DNA of 64,000 nucleotides from Alphaproteobacteria bacterium. Lineage in GTDB: Bacteria > Pseudomonadota > Alphaproteobacteria > GCA-2731375. This document shows, in pieces, positions 39,418 to 49,432 of this stretch; the stretch's first letter is position 1; every line of letters begins with the position of its first letter. A program made the translations under genes and the position numbers. The DNA is taken from NCBI GenBank assembly GCA_965232515.1, contig CBDDPY010000002.1, forward strand, positions 3,488,001 to 3,552,000, in the 5' to 3' direction. The notes under the pieces were generated by a model. It saw nothing but the letters and a program-made list of their open reading frames with translations. It ran no database searches and was not told where the DNA came from.

Positions 39418-40587
39418 ATGGACCAGCATTCGCAACCCGCGACGGCGCCGACGCGCGCGCAGTATGGCGCCGATATGGCCGACTATCTGCGCGACGGCGA
39501 GCGGCGGGCCAAAGAGATCGGCAACCGTGGTCCGGTTCGCTTCGACGCCGATGGCAAGCTGCATCCCGACATTTTGACCGCTTACTGGCGGCGCGGATTT
39601 TATGTCTTCGAAGACGTGATCGGTGCGGACGAGATCGCCGAGCTGCGCGCCGACGCCAACGACATGATCGAGCGGGCGCCCGTCCGGCCCGGCGCCGCGG
39701 TCGATGCGCAGGGCCGACCGGCGCTCGGCCGCGACTACGCACGCGAACCCTATACCTTCATCAAGCCGCTGTCTGACCCCTGGGGCGGCACGGACAAGCT
39801 GAACGGCCGGCATCCGAGCCAGATGACCCAGCCAACGCCGGACGCGGACGCGCCCGAGGATGTGGTCTATCTGATGTACGGCATGTGCCAGGCCATGCCG
39901 GCGGGCCTGCGTGTCTACGGCCATCCGGCGCTGCTGGCCATCGCCGAGGCGATCAACGGCCCCGACTTCGTGCCCTACAACGATGCGATCTTCGTCAAGC
40001 AGCCAGGGCTTGGCGGCTCGGTCGCCTGGCACCAGGACGGCGTGACGCACTGGGAGTCGCCCGACTGGGACGAAGGCATTCACGGCTTCAATTTTCAGGT
40101 TCAGCTCTATCCGACGACGGCCGCGAACTGCCTCTGGGTGATGCCGGGCACGCACAAGCTGGGCCGCATCGACATCAAGCGGCTGGTCGCCGAGAACGGC
40201 GGCAGCGACCGGCTACCGGGGGCCGTACCGCTGATCTGCGCCCCTGGCGACGTCACCATGGTCAACCGCCAGATGCTGCACGGTTCGTTCGCGAACACCT
40301 CGCCCGATATCCGGATCTCGCTCACCTTCGGCTTCCACCGCCGGACATCGGTGCTGGGCCAGCGCGGCAGTCTCAGCATGAGCGCCGATGAGGTCTACGA
40401 CGAACAGCGCATCTTCGAGCGCGCGTCCGTGATCGCCGTCGCCATCGACGCCCGCCGCCAGCGTTTTCCCGACGAGGCGCCCTTCCGCTACCAGCCGTTC
40501 GCCGGCCTGGAAGACGACTTCGCCTTCAGCGACGACACCTTCGAGCGGGTGATCCGCGACTACAACACCAAGGATCTGGCGATTTAG
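39418..40587 (+). CDS. Phytanoyl-CoA dioxygenase (PhyH) family Fe(II)/2OG enzyme
   Basis: VKQPG...WHQDG (HxD), CLWVMPGTHK, LHGSFANTSPDIR. Confidence 0.88.
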   Translation: MDQHSQPATAPTRAQYGADMADYLRDGERRAKEIGNRGPVRFDADGKLHPDILTAYWRRGFYVFEDVIGADEIAELRADANDMIERAPVRPGAAVDAQGRPALGRDYAREPYTFIKPLSDPWGGTDKLNGRHPSQMTQPTPDADAPEDVVYLMYGMCQAMPAGLRVYGHPALLAIAEAINGPDFVPYNDAIFVKQPGLGGSVAWHQDGVTHWESPDWDEGIHGFNFQVQLYPTTAANCLWVMPGTHKLGRIDIKRLVAENGGSDRLPGAVPLICAPGDVTMVNRQMLHGSFANTSPDIRISLTFGFHRRTSVLGQRGSLSMSADEVYDEQRIFERASVIAVAIDARRQRFPDEAPFRYQPFAGLEDDFAFSDDTFERVIRDYNTKDLAI

Positions 40588-40607
40588 CAGACATCGGCGA
40601 CCGCCGA

Positions 40608-40698
40608 CTGGATGCCCGAGTCAAGCCCGGGCATGACGATAAATTGTTGAATTTGCTATAATTTCGTCATTGCCGGGCTTGACCCGGCAATCCAGGGC
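40608..40698. repeat. REP-like doublet (two inverted palindromic units), copy 1
   Basis: CTGGATGCCCGAGTCAAGCCCGGGCATGACG, an AT-rich spacer, then CGTCATTGCCGGGCTTGACCCGGCAATCCAGGGC. Confidence 0.85.
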
Positions 40699-40751
40699 AG
40701 CAGTGCACCGAGCGTCGATAAGCTCTCTCGCTGCCTGTCACGTCAGCGCGT

Positions 40752-42362
40752 TCAAACCGCCTTGCTGGCGGGGCGATCGTCGGCGGCGAGGTCTTCGCCG
40801 GCGAGCGCGCGGCCGATGAGAACAGCGGTTTCGTGAATGCCGTAGAGGGCGACGAACGAGCCGAAGCGCGGACCCTGGCTCTGGCCGAACAGCACCTCGT
40901 AGAGGGCGCGGAACCAGTCGCGCAGGTTCTCGAATTCATGCCGCTTGCCGATCTCGTAGATCTCGTTCTGGATCGTCTCGGCGGACGCGACCGGGTCCAT
41001 CTCCAACAGCGCCTTGTGCAGATCGTCGAGCGCGGCACGCTCGCGGGCGTCCGGCTCACGATAGGTCTTGTTGGGCAGCACGAAGTCCCGGTAGTAGTTC
41101 AGCGCATAGCCGACCAACCGGTCGAGGATCGGATGGTTCGCGGGCGTGGCGCCCGGCACGTAGCGCTCGATGAAACCCCAGATCACTTCCTTGTCGTCGC
41201 TGTGCGCGGCGCCGACTAGGTTCATCAGCAGGCTGAAGGTCAACGGCACGTCTTCTTGCGGTGCGGCACCGCCATGGATGTGCCAGACCGGATTGGCGAG
41301 GCGCGCGTCGTCATCCTGTTGGGTGTACTTGCCCAAGTGCGTCAGGTAATCGTCGACGGCGCGCGGAATGACGTCGAAATAGAGCCGCTTCGCCTTACGC
41401 GGGGCCTGGAACATGTAAAGTGAGAGGCTCTCGGGCGCGGCGTAGCGCAGCCATTCCTCGATGGTCAGGCCGTTGCCGCGCGACTTCGAGATCTTCTCGC
41501 CGTTCTCGTCCAGGAACAGTTCGTAGTTGAAGCCCTCGGGCGGCCGGCCGCCGAGGATCTGATCGATACGGCTCGACAGCTTCACTGAGTCGATCAGGTC
41601 CTTGCCCGACATCTCGTAGTCGACGTCGAGCGCGTACCAGCGCATGGCCCAGTCGGCCTTCCATTGCAGCTTGCAGCGGCCGCCCGTGACCGGCGTCTCG
41701 ACCTTCGATCCGTCCTCGTCTTCGTAGACGATGGTGCCGGCGGCCTCGTCGCGCTCGATCACCGGCACCTGCAGCACGCGGCCGGTCTTGGCGCAGACCG
41801 GCAGGAACGGGCTGTAGGTCGCCCGCCGCTCCGGCCCCAGCGTCGGCAGGATCACCTGCATGATCTTGTCGTAGTGCTGGAGCACGCGCAGGAGCGCGTC
41901 GTCGAACCGGCCCCCGAGATAACAGTCGGTCGAGCTGACGAACTCGTACTCGAAGCCGAAATCGTCCAGGAACGCCTGCAGCCGGGCGTTGTTGTGATGC
42001 CCGAAGCTCTCATGCGTGCCGAACGGGTCCGGCACCTTGGTCAGCGGCTTGCCCAGGTGCTGTGCCACCATCTCGCGGTTCGGGATGTTGTCAGGCACCT
42101 TGCGCAGGCCGTCCATGTCATCGGAAAAGGCGAACAGCCGGGTCGGCAGGTCCGAGAGCTGCACGAAGGCATGGCGCACCATGCTGGTGCGGGCGACCTC
42201 GCCGAACGTGCCGATATGCGGCAGGCCGGACGGCCCGTAACCCGTCTCGAACAGCACGTAGCCCTTCTCGGGCGCGCCGTCCTTCAGACGGTCGAGCAGC
42301 TTGCGGGCCTCCTGGAACGGCCAGGCGTTGCTTTGCAACGCGGTGTCGGCGTTTTCGGGCAT
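40752..42362 (-). CDS. lysS: Lysine--tRNA ligase, class I
   Basis: [17 protein letters not shown] (HIGH-like), [12 protein letters not shown] (KMSKS-like), GPRFGSF. Confidence 0.96.
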   Translation of the reverse strand: MPENADTALQSNAWPFQEARKLLDRLKDGAPEKGYVLFETGYGPSGLPHIGTFGEVARTSMVRHAFVQLSDLPTRLFAFSDDMDGLRKVPDNIPNREMVAQHLGKPLTKVPDPFGTHESFGHHNNARLQAFLDDFGFEYEFVSSTDCYLGGRFDDALLRVLQHYDKIMQVILPTLGPERRATYSPFLPVCAKTGRVLQVPVIERDEAAGTIVYEDEDGSKVETPVTGGRCKLQWKADWAMRWYALDVDYEMSGKDLIDSVKLSSRIDQILGGRPPEGFNYELFLDENGEKISKSRGNGLTIEEWLRYAAPESLSLYMFQAPRKAKRLYFDVIPRAVDDYLTHLGKYTQQDDDARLANPVWHIHGGAAPQEDVPLTFSLLMNLVGAAHSDDKEVIWGFIERYVPGATPANHPILDRLVGYALNYYRDFVLPNKTYREPDARERAALDDLHKALLEMDPVASAETIQNEIYEIGKRHEFENLRDWFRALYEVLFGQSQGPRFGSFVALYGIHETAVLIGRALAGEDLAADDRPASKAV

Positions 42363-42470
42363 GGGCGGTCGGTTCCGAATGATTCGCGGGGCGCACCATA
42401 CCGCAGCCGCGACCGGCGTCAACGCTCGAGGCGGCGATGCAGATTAGGCATATCGGGCTATAGTCCGCCC

Positions 42471-45221
42471 ATGTCGGACCCTGTCGAAGAGCCCAGCCAG
42501 CGGATTGCGCCGCCGGACGCCCCCGCCCTGATCGTCGGGCCGCGCCAGGCGGTCTGGCTGAGCCCCGACGGCGAGGTCGAGGAGCTGGCGCCGCAGGCGG
42601 TTCCGGCGCGGCTGCAGCAGACGCCGCCGCTGGTCTGTCACGGGCGCGCCGTGGCGCGACGACTGGGCATCCCGCGCTTCCGCGCCTACGACCTGCTGGA
42701 GCTCTTCGCCTTCGCGTTGCCGGCGCGGTTCTGCCTGCCGACGCCAGGCGGACTGGCGGCCGCGCTCGGCCTGCCGCCGCCGGTCGGGCCGGAGCAGGCC
42801 GCGCTGACGCTGCTGCAGGCGTCCGAGCATCTGTTGCGCATGCTCGCCGCCGGCTTGCCAGATCAGGACAACGCGGCGGCCATCGCCGCCGCCATGCGAC
42901 AGGCCGGCTGGCTCTGGGGCGAGGCCGTCACCACGGCGCTGGGGCCGCCGCGCAAGAACGTCGGACCGTTCAACGGCCTCGATGTCTGGAACCGGTTGCC
43001 GACCTGGGAGGAACCCGCGCCGCCGACGCCGTCCGGCGATACGGCCGTGGGCGAAGACGAGGCCCGCGCGCGGCTCGCCGAGCTGCTGGACGAGAACGCC
43101 GAGCCGCGGCCGCAGCAATCCGACTATGCCGCCGCCACGGCCGCCGCCTTCGCGCCGCGCAACGTCGCCGGCGCGCCCAACATGGTGCTGGCCGAGGCCG
43201 GCACCGGCGTCGGCAAGACCTTGGGCTACATCGCGCCCGCGAGCCTGTGGGCCGAGCGCAACGACGGCACGGTCTGGATCTCGACCTATACCCGCAACCT
43301 GCAGCGCCAGGTCGATCAGGAACTGGACCGGCTGTACCCCTCGCCCACGGCCAAGACCGCCAAGACGGTCGTGCGCAAGGGCCGGGAGAACTATCTCTGC
43401 GTGCTGAACCTGGAGGACGCCGTCAAATCGGGCGGCGGCCGGCCGGCCGACACGGTCGCCGCCGGGCTGATGGCGCGCTGGACAGCGCACACCAGCGGCG
43501 GCGACATGACGGGCGGCGACTTTCCGTCCTGGCTCATCGGCCTGTTGGGGCAGAACCGCACGCTGGCGCTCGCCGACCATCGCGGCGAGTGCATCTATTC
43601 CGCCTGCCCGCACTACCGCAAATGCTTCATCGAGCGCGGCATCCGCAAGGCGCGCTCGGCCGACATCGTCATCGCCAATCACGCGCTGGTCATGGTGCAG
43701 GCGGTGCTGGGCGGCGAGGACCACCACCTGCCGCTGCGTTACGTCTTCGACGAGGGTCATCACGTCTTCGACGCCGCCGACAGCGCCTTCGGCGCGCATC
43801 TGAGCGGCAGCGAGAGCGCCGAGATGCGGCGCTGGCTGCTGGGCAGCGAGGCAGGCCGGCGCGGCAGCCGGGCGCGAGGGCTGGCGAGCCGGATCGGCGA
43901 TCTGGCGGCCGGCAGCGAAGCGGCCGAGAAGGCGCTCGACGAGGTGCAGCGGGCCGCCCGCGTGCTGCCGGCAGACGGCTGGCTGAAGCGCTTGGCCGAG
44001 GGTGCGCCGGTGGGGCCGACCGAAACCTTCCTTGACCATGTCCGCGCTCAGGTGCTGGCGCGGAGCGACAATCCGAACAGCCGCTATGACCTAGAATGCT
44101 CGACCGGCGAGCCGGTGCCGGGCCTGCTGGACGCGGCGGCAACGCTCGGCGAGGCACTCGCCCGCCTGGAACGGCCGATGACCGAACTGATGCAGCGTCT
44201 CGCCGCGCGCCTGGACGAGGAGGCCGACGAACTCGATACGCCGACGCGCGTGCGCATCGAGGCCGGCGTGCGCGGCCTGAAGCGCCGGGCCGAGATGGTC
44301 GTCGGCGCCTGGCGGCAGATGCTGCGCCAGCTCGGCGGCGAAACGCCGGCGGCCTTCGTCGACTGGTTCGGCGTCAGCCGCAGCGACGGCCGCGAAACCG
44401 ATATCGGCATGTATCGCCACTGGGTCGATCCGACGATTCCCTTCGCCGGCGAGCTGTTGAGCCGCGCCCATGGCGTGCTGGTGACGTCGGCGACGCTGCG
44501 CGACAATCCGCCCGACGCCCCCGACGACTGGACGTCGGCCGAGGTCCGCACCGGCGCGCTGCACCTGCCGCTGCCGGCGCAACGCGCGAGCCTCGCCTCC
44601 CCGTTCGACTATGCCGGCCAAACGCGCGTCTTCATTGTCAACGACGTGCAGCGCAACGACGCCGACCAGGTGGCCGCCGCCTATCGCGAGCTGTTCAAGG
44701 CGGCGGGCGGCGGCGCTATCGGTCTGTTCACCGCGATCCAGCGCCTGCGCGCCGTCCACGACCGCATCGCCGAGCCGCTGGACGCGGCCGGCATCCCGCT
44801 CTTGGCGCAGCATGTCGACGCCATGGACACCGGCACGCTGGTCGACATTTTCCGGGCCGAGACGGATTCCTGCCTGTTGGGCACCGATGCCGTGCGCGAC
44901 GGCGTCGACGTGCCGGGACGGTCGTTGCGGCTGATCGTCTTCGACCGGGTGCCCTGGCCCCGACCCGACCTGCTGCACCGGGCCCGCAAGGCGGCCTTCG
45001 GCGGCAGCGCTTATGACGACATGATCACGCGCCTACGGCTGAAGCAGGCTTATGGCCGGTTGCTGCGGCGGGCCGACGATACCGGGGTTTTTGTCATGCT
45101 GGACGCGCGGACGCCGACCCGACTAACGACGGCCTTCCCGGACGGCGTCGAGGTCAACCGGGTGGGCCTGGCCGACGCCATCGCTGAAACGGCAGCGTTC
45201 CTCGGCGGCGAGACCGCTTAA
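42471..45221 (+). CDS. DinG-family ATP-dependent helicase
   Basis: EAGTGVGKT Walker A, KGRENYLC, Cys cluster ECIYSACPHYRKC, DEGHH, TSATL, GVDVPG, LKQAYGRLLR. Confidence 0.93.
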   Translation: MSDPVEEPSQRIAPPDAPALIVGPRQAVWLSPDGEVEELAPQAVPARLQQTPPLVCHGRAVARRLGIPRFRAYDLLELFAFALPARFCLPTPGGLAAALGLPPPVGPEQAALTLLQASEHLLRMLAAGLPDQDNAAAIAAAMRQAGWLWGEAVTTALGPPRKNVGPFNGLDVWNRLPTWEEPAPPTPSGDTAVGEDEARARLAELLDENAEPRPQQSDYAAATAAAFAPRNVAGAPNMVLAEAGTGVGKTLGYIAPASLWAERNDGTVWISTYTRNLQRQVDQELDRLYPSPTAKTAKTVVRKGRENYLCVLNLEDAVKSGGGRPADTVAAGLMARWTAHTSGGDMTGGDFPSWLIGLLGQNRTLALADHRGECIYSACPHYRKCFIERGIRKARSADIVIANHALVMVQAVLGGEDHHLPLRYVFDEGHHVFDAADSAFGAHLSGSESAEMRRWLLGSEAGRRGSRARGLASRIGDLAAGSEAAEKALDEVQRAARVLPADGWLKRLAEGAPVGPTETFLDHVRAQVLARSDNPNSRYDLECSTGEPVPGLLDAAATLGEALARLERPMTELMQRLAARLDEEADELDTPTRVRIEAGVRGLKRRAEMVVGAWRQMLRQLGGETPAAFVDWFGVSRSDGRETDIGMYRHWVDPTIPFAGELLSRAHGVLVTSATLRDNPPDAPDDWTSAEVRTGALHLPLPAQRASLASPFDYAGQTRVFIVNDVQRNDADQVAAAYRELFKAAGGGAIGLFTAIQRLRAVHDRIAEPLDAAGIPLLAQHVDAMDTGTLVDIFRAETDSCLLGTDAVRDGVDVPGRSLRLIVFDRVPWPRPDLLHRARKAAFGGSAYDDMITRLRLKQAYGRLLRRADDTGVFVMLDARTPTRLTTAFPDGVEVNRVGLADAIAETAAFLGGETA

Positions 45222-45288
45222 GCGATAACCCTTGTCGCGGGCGCGCGACGTTCATATGTTGCGGCCAGATTTCGTTCAGGAGAGCCTT

Positions 45289-45705
45289 ATGAGCGACGAC
45301 TTATTGAGTCCGCATGCCGCCCTCATCCACGTCATGGTGCTGATGGCGGCGGCGGACAGCGACATGACCGACCGCGAGCTGAAGCGGATCGGCGATATGG
45401 TACAGAATCTGCCTGTTTTCAGCGATTTCGACGCGAAAGAACTGGTGGAAATCGCCGAGGAATGCGCCGAGCGTCTGTCCAAGGACGGCGGCCTCGACGG
45501 CGTGCTGGATCTGATCACCGGCTCACTGCCGGCGAAGCTGAGCGAGACCGCCTACGCGCTGGGCTGCGAGATCGCCGCGGCCGACCTGCATGTCGAGCAG
45601 GAAGAAATGCGCCTGCTGCAGATGCTCCGCGAACGGCTCGACATCGACCGCCTCGCCGCCGCCGCCATCGAACGCGCCGTCCGCGCCCGCCACATGACCC
45701 TCTAA
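45289..45705 (+). CDS. TerB family protein
   Basis: ALIHVMVLMAAADSDMTDREL...ETAYALGCEIAAADL..EQEEMRLL; AGGAG RBS. Confidence 0.85.
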   Translation: MSDDLLSPHAALIHVMVLMAAADSDMTDRELKRIGDMVQNLPVFSDFDAKELVEIAEECAERLSKDGGLDGVLDLITGSLPAKLSETAYALGCEIAAADLHVEQEEMRLLQMLRERLDIDRLAAAAIERAVRARHMTL

Positions 45706-45717
45706 GCGTTCCCGTCC

Positions 45718-46335
45718 CTACAATCGATCCAGGAAATCGGCGACGGCTGCGATGCCGTCGGCCCAGTTCTCGGCCTCGGTACGGCCGGAGGCCTTGCGGG
45801 GCTTGAGGTCGTGGTTGCCGTCGGGCAGCCATTCAAGGGTTATTGACGGCGCCAGCGCGTAGCCGGCGACATCCGCCTTCGTGCCCATGGGATCGCGCTC
45901 GCCCTGTGCGATCAGGCACGGCGTCGTCAGCGCTTCCAGATGCGCGGTGCGGGTCTTTTCCGGCTTGCCCGGCGGATGGAAGGGATAACCGAGGCAGACC
46001 AGGCCGCGCACGCCGGCCTCGTCGGCGATCAGGCTCGCCATACGGCCGCCCATGGACTTGCCGCCGATGACGAGATTTTCAGAGCCCAGCGTCGCGATCA
46101 CCTGACGCCAGGCGTCGAGCAGCACCGGCTGCCGGTCCGGCGGCCGTTTGCGGCCGGATTCGCGCCGTTGGGTCATGTAGGGAAATTCGAAACGCGCCAC
46201 CCGATGGCCGCGCGCGCCGATGCCGGCGGCGAAGGCGTCCATGAACGGGCTGTCCATCGGCGCGCCGGCGCCGTGGGCCAACGCCAGCGTCAGACGCGCA
46301 TCCGCCGGGCCGTCGAAGATCATCTGCGCAAGCAT
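45718..46335 (-). CDS. Alpha/beta hydrolase (KANL3/Tex30-like)
   Basis: LAHGAGAPMDS, GGKSMGGR nucleophile elbow, LGYPFHPPGK, QGERD, GNH. Confidence 0.88.
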   Translation of the reverse strand: MLAQMIFDGPADARLTLALAHGAGAPMDSPFMDAFAAGIGARGHRVARFEFPYMTQRRESGRKRPPDRQPVLLDAWRQVIATLGSENLVIGGKSMGGRMASLIADEAGVRGLVCLGYPFHPPGKPEKTRTAHLEALTTPCLIAQGERDPMGTKADVAGYALAPSITLEWLPDGNHDLKPRKASGRTEAENWADGIAAVADFLDRL

Positions 46336-46429
46336 GTCGCCGCATCCCTACCCTTCATTATTCGCACGTGCAACGCCGGCGGCTTTGTGCAGGATAGCCG
46401 GCAAAATATATGAGTTCGGAGGGGTGTCG

Positions 46430-48133
46430 ATGGCGGGTAACGGCCATGTCGAGTGCGATGTTCTGGTGGTGGGGTCAGGCGCCGGCGGGTTCGCGGCGGC
46501 GCTGACCGCGGCGCATCACGGCGCCGATGTGATCCTGACCGAAAAGGCGCCGGAATTCGGCGGCACCACGGCCTATTCGGCCGGCGTGATCTGGATTCCC
46601 TGCACCAGCCATGCACAGCGGGCCGGCATCGCCGACAGTCCCGAAGACGCGCTGACGTATCTGCAGAACGAGGTCGGCAACCGGCTCGACCGCGACAAGG
46701 CCGAGGCGTTTGTCGAGCACGGGCCGCGCATGCTGGATTTCTTCGAGAGCCACAGCCACGTGCGCTACACGCTGATGGACAACTGGGCCGACTATCACCC
46801 GGACCTGCCGGGCGGCGCCAATGGCGGCCGGTCGCTGCTGCCCGACCAGTTCGACGGCCGCCTGCTGGGCGAGCGGTTCCGGCAATTGCGGGCGCCGCTC
46901 AGGACGATGATGATCATGGGCGGCATGATGGTGGGCCGCGACGACCTGCCGCATCTCCTGAACATGACGCGCTCGGCCCGCTCTGCGGCCTATGTGGCGC
47001 GGATCATGGCGCGGCACGCCATGGACCGCTTGCGATTTCCGCGCGGCACCCGGATCGCCAACGGCAACGCGCTGATCGCCCGCATGGCGCTGACGGCCTT
47101 CGAGCAAGACCTGCCGCTGTGGCTGTCGTCGCCGCTGACGCGCCTGCTGACGGAGGACGGCAAGGTCGTCGGCGCCATCGTCGACCGCGACGGCGTCGAG
47201 ACCGAAGTGCGCACGCGTCAGGGCGTGGTGCTCGCCGCCGGCGGCTTCCCGCAAAGCGCCGAGATGAAGGCGCAGCACTACGACCATGTCCGGGCGGGCA
47301 AGAACCACACCTCGCTGCCGCCCGACTCCAATGCCGGCGACGGCGTGCGGCTGGCGCAAGCCGCGGGCGCCGGCTTCGCCAACGACGCGGCGCATCCGGC
47401 TGCCTGGACGCCCGTCTCGCTGGTGCCGCAGCCGGACGGCGGCACGGCGCCGTTCCCGCATTTCGTCGACCGCGGCAAGCCGGGCGTCATCGCCGTCGAC
47501 CGCCACGGCAAGCGCTTCGCCAACGAGGCCGATTCGTACCACGACTTCGTGCCGGGTATGTTCGAGGCCTGCCGCGACGACGACAAGATCGAGGCCTATC
47601 TGATCACCGACCACCGGGCGATCCGCCGCTATGGCCTGGGCGCGGCGCCGCCGGCCCCTGGCCGGCTGGGGCCGCATCTGCGCTCGGGCTATGTGCAGCG
47701 AGGACAGACGCTCGCCGAGCTGGCATCGAAGCTGGGCGTCGACGGCGGCGGCCTGACCGCCACCGTCGAGCGCTTCAACGGCCCGGCGGCGCGGGGCGAG
47801 GACCCGGAGTTCCACAAGGGCAACAACGCCTACAACCATTTCAACGGCGATCCGAAGCACGGCCCCAACCCCTGCGTCGCACCGCTGGAGACACCGCCCT
47901 TCTACGGACTGCGCATGGTGCCGGGCGAGCTCGGCACCTTCACGGGCCTGCGCACCAACCGGTACGCCCAGGTGCTGAACGATGACGGCGCGCCGATCCC
48001 CGGGCTTTATGCGGCCGGCAACGACATGGCGAGCGTCATGGGCGGCACCTATCCCGGCGCCGGCATCACCATCGGCCCGGCTATGACCTTCGGCTATATC
48101 GCCGGCTGCCACATTACGGGCGCGGATACGTGA
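46430..48133 (+). CDS. FAD-dependent oxidoreductase (3-ketosteroid-dehydrogenase-like, FAD_binding_2)
   Basis: VVGSGAGG, GGTTAYSAG, GVVLAAGGF, GKRFANE, IPGLYAAGN, YPGAGITIGPAMTFGY. Confidence 0.9.
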   Translation: MAGNGHVECDVLVVGSGAGGFAAALTAAHHGADVILTEKAPEFGGTTAYSAGVIWIPCTSHAQRAGIADSPEDALTYLQNEVGNRLDRDKAEAFVEHGPRMLDFFESHSHVRYTLMDNWADYHPDLPGGANGGRSLLPDQFDGRLLGERFRQLRAPLRTMMIMGGMMVGRDDLPHLLNMTRSARSAAYVARIMARHAMDRLRFPRGTRIANGNALIARMALTAFEQDLPLWLSSPLTRLLTEDGKVVGAIVDRDGVETEVRTRQGVVLAAGGFPQSAEMKAQHYDHVRAGKNHTSLPPDSNAGDGVRLAQAAGAGFANDAAHPAAWTPVSLVPQPDGGTAPFPHFVDRGKPGVIAVDRHGKRFANEADSYHDFVPGMFEACRDDDKIEAYLITDHRAIRRYGLGAAPPAPGRLGPHLRSGYVQRGQTLAELASKLGVDGGGLTATVERFNGPAARGEDPEFHKGNNAYNHFNGDPKHGPNPCVAPLETPPFYGLRMVPGELGTFTGLRTNRYAQVLNDDGAPIPGLYAAGNDMASVMGGTYPGAGITIGPAMTFGYIAGCHITGADT

Positions 48134-48145
48134 TCGTGCGCCGTG

Positions 48146-48236
48146 GCCCTGGATTGCCGGGTCAAGCCCGGCAATGACGAATTTGTCGTAATTTCAATAC
48201 CTTGACCGTCATGCCCGGACTTGATCCGGTCATCCA
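48146..48236. repeat. REP-like doublet, copy 2 (inverted relative to copy 1)
   Basis: GCCCTGGATTGCCGGGTCAAGCCCGGCAATGACG is the exact reverse complement of 40665-40698; the spacer and second unit are also similar. Confidence 0.85.
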
Positions 48237-48308
48237 GGCATGTGAAATCCGGCATCGCCGATCGGCCATTGGCGTGCCGACCCGCTGTCTGTGCTATAGG
48301 CTTGGATT

Positions 48309-49397
48309 ATGGAACCGCCAAACGAATTGTTGCCGGTCTCGGTGATCACCGGCTTTCTGGGCAGCGGCAAGACGACGCTGCTGAACCGGCTGCTACAGCA
48401 TGCCGACATGGCCGATACGGCCGTGGTGATCAACGAATTCGGCGAGATCGGCATCGACAACGCGCTGGTTGAGCAGTCGGACGACGACGTCGTGCTGATG
48501 AGCAGCGGCTGCCTCTGCTGCACGATCCGCGGCGAGCTGGTCGACACCTTGCGCAATCTCTATATCCGCCGGGCCAAGAACGAGGTGCCGGAATTCCGCC
48601 GGCTGGTGATCGAGACCACGGGGCTCGCCGATCCGGCGCCGATCCTGCACACGCTGATGGCGGATCCGTTCCTGGTCATGCGCTATCGTCTGGACGGGGT
48701 GATTACGACGGTCGACGCCGTGAATGGCGACGCCACGCTCGACAATCACGCCGAGTCGGTAAAGCAGGCCGCCGTCGCCGACCGCGTGCTGATCACCAAG
48801 TCGGACCTGGCGGACGACGACGATATGGCGGCGTTGAGCGACCGGCTGCGGCAGCTCAACCCGGCGGTCAGCGTGCGCCGGATCCAACATGGCGAGATCG
48901 ACCCGGCTGATCTGTTCAACGCCGGCCTCTACAACCCCGAGACAAAGAGCCTCGACGTGCAGCGCTGGCTGAAGGACGAAGCCTATGGCGAGGGTCATGC
49001 GCACGATCACGACGATGACCATGGGCACGACCACGCACACGGCCACAACGACGTCAACCGGCACGACGACAGCATCCGCGCCTTCTGCATGTATTTCGAC
49101 GAGCCGCTGTCCTGGCAGGCGCTGGCCACCTGGATGGAGCTGCTGGCGACCTATCGCGGCGACGACCTGCTGCGGGTGAAGGGTATTCTGAATCTGTTCG
49201 AGACGGACAAGCCGGTGGTGATCCACGGCGTCCAGCATCTGTTTCATCCGCCGGTGACGCTCGAAGCCTGGCCGGGCGAGGATCGGCGCAGCCGTATCGT
49301 CTTCATCACGCGGAATTTACCGCGGGAGACGGTCGAGGATATGCTGAGCGCATTGACCGATCCGCCCGGTAGTGGTGGCATCAAGGTTCACACCTGA
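48309..49397 (+). CDS. CobW/COG0523 GTP-binding metallochaperone
   Basis: GFLGSGKTT, GCLCC, ETTGLADP, TKSD, His/Asp-rich tract, LRVKG. Confidence 0.93.
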   Translation: MEPPNELLPVSVITGFLGSGKTTLLNRLLQHADMADTAVVINEFGEIGIDNALVEQSDDDVVLMSSGCLCCTIRGELVDTLRNLYIRRAKNEVPEFRRLVIETTGLADPAPILHTLMADPFLVMRYRLDGVITTVDAVNGDATLDNHAESVKQAAVADRVLITKSDLADDDDMAALSDRLRQLNPAVSVRRIQHGEIDPADLFNAGLYNPETKSLDVQRWLKDEAYGEGHAHDHDDDHGHDHAHGHNDVNRHDDSIRAFCMYFDEPLSWQALATWMELLATYRGDDLLRVKGILNLFETDKPVVIHGVQHLFHPPVTLEAWPGEDRRSRIVFITRNLPRETVEDMLSALTDPPGSGGIKVHT

Positions 49398-49432
49398 TTT
49401 TTTTGGGGATTTCGATAGGGGGCTTGTGGGAC

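Noticed and set aside
41664-42470. 1185-aa DinG with a long N-terminal extension
   Set aside because: The extension is antisense to lysS; the plausible start is the ATG at 42471.
48990-49070. CACGAC-like tandem repeat
   Set aside because: It encodes the normal His/Asp-rich tract of the CobW protein.
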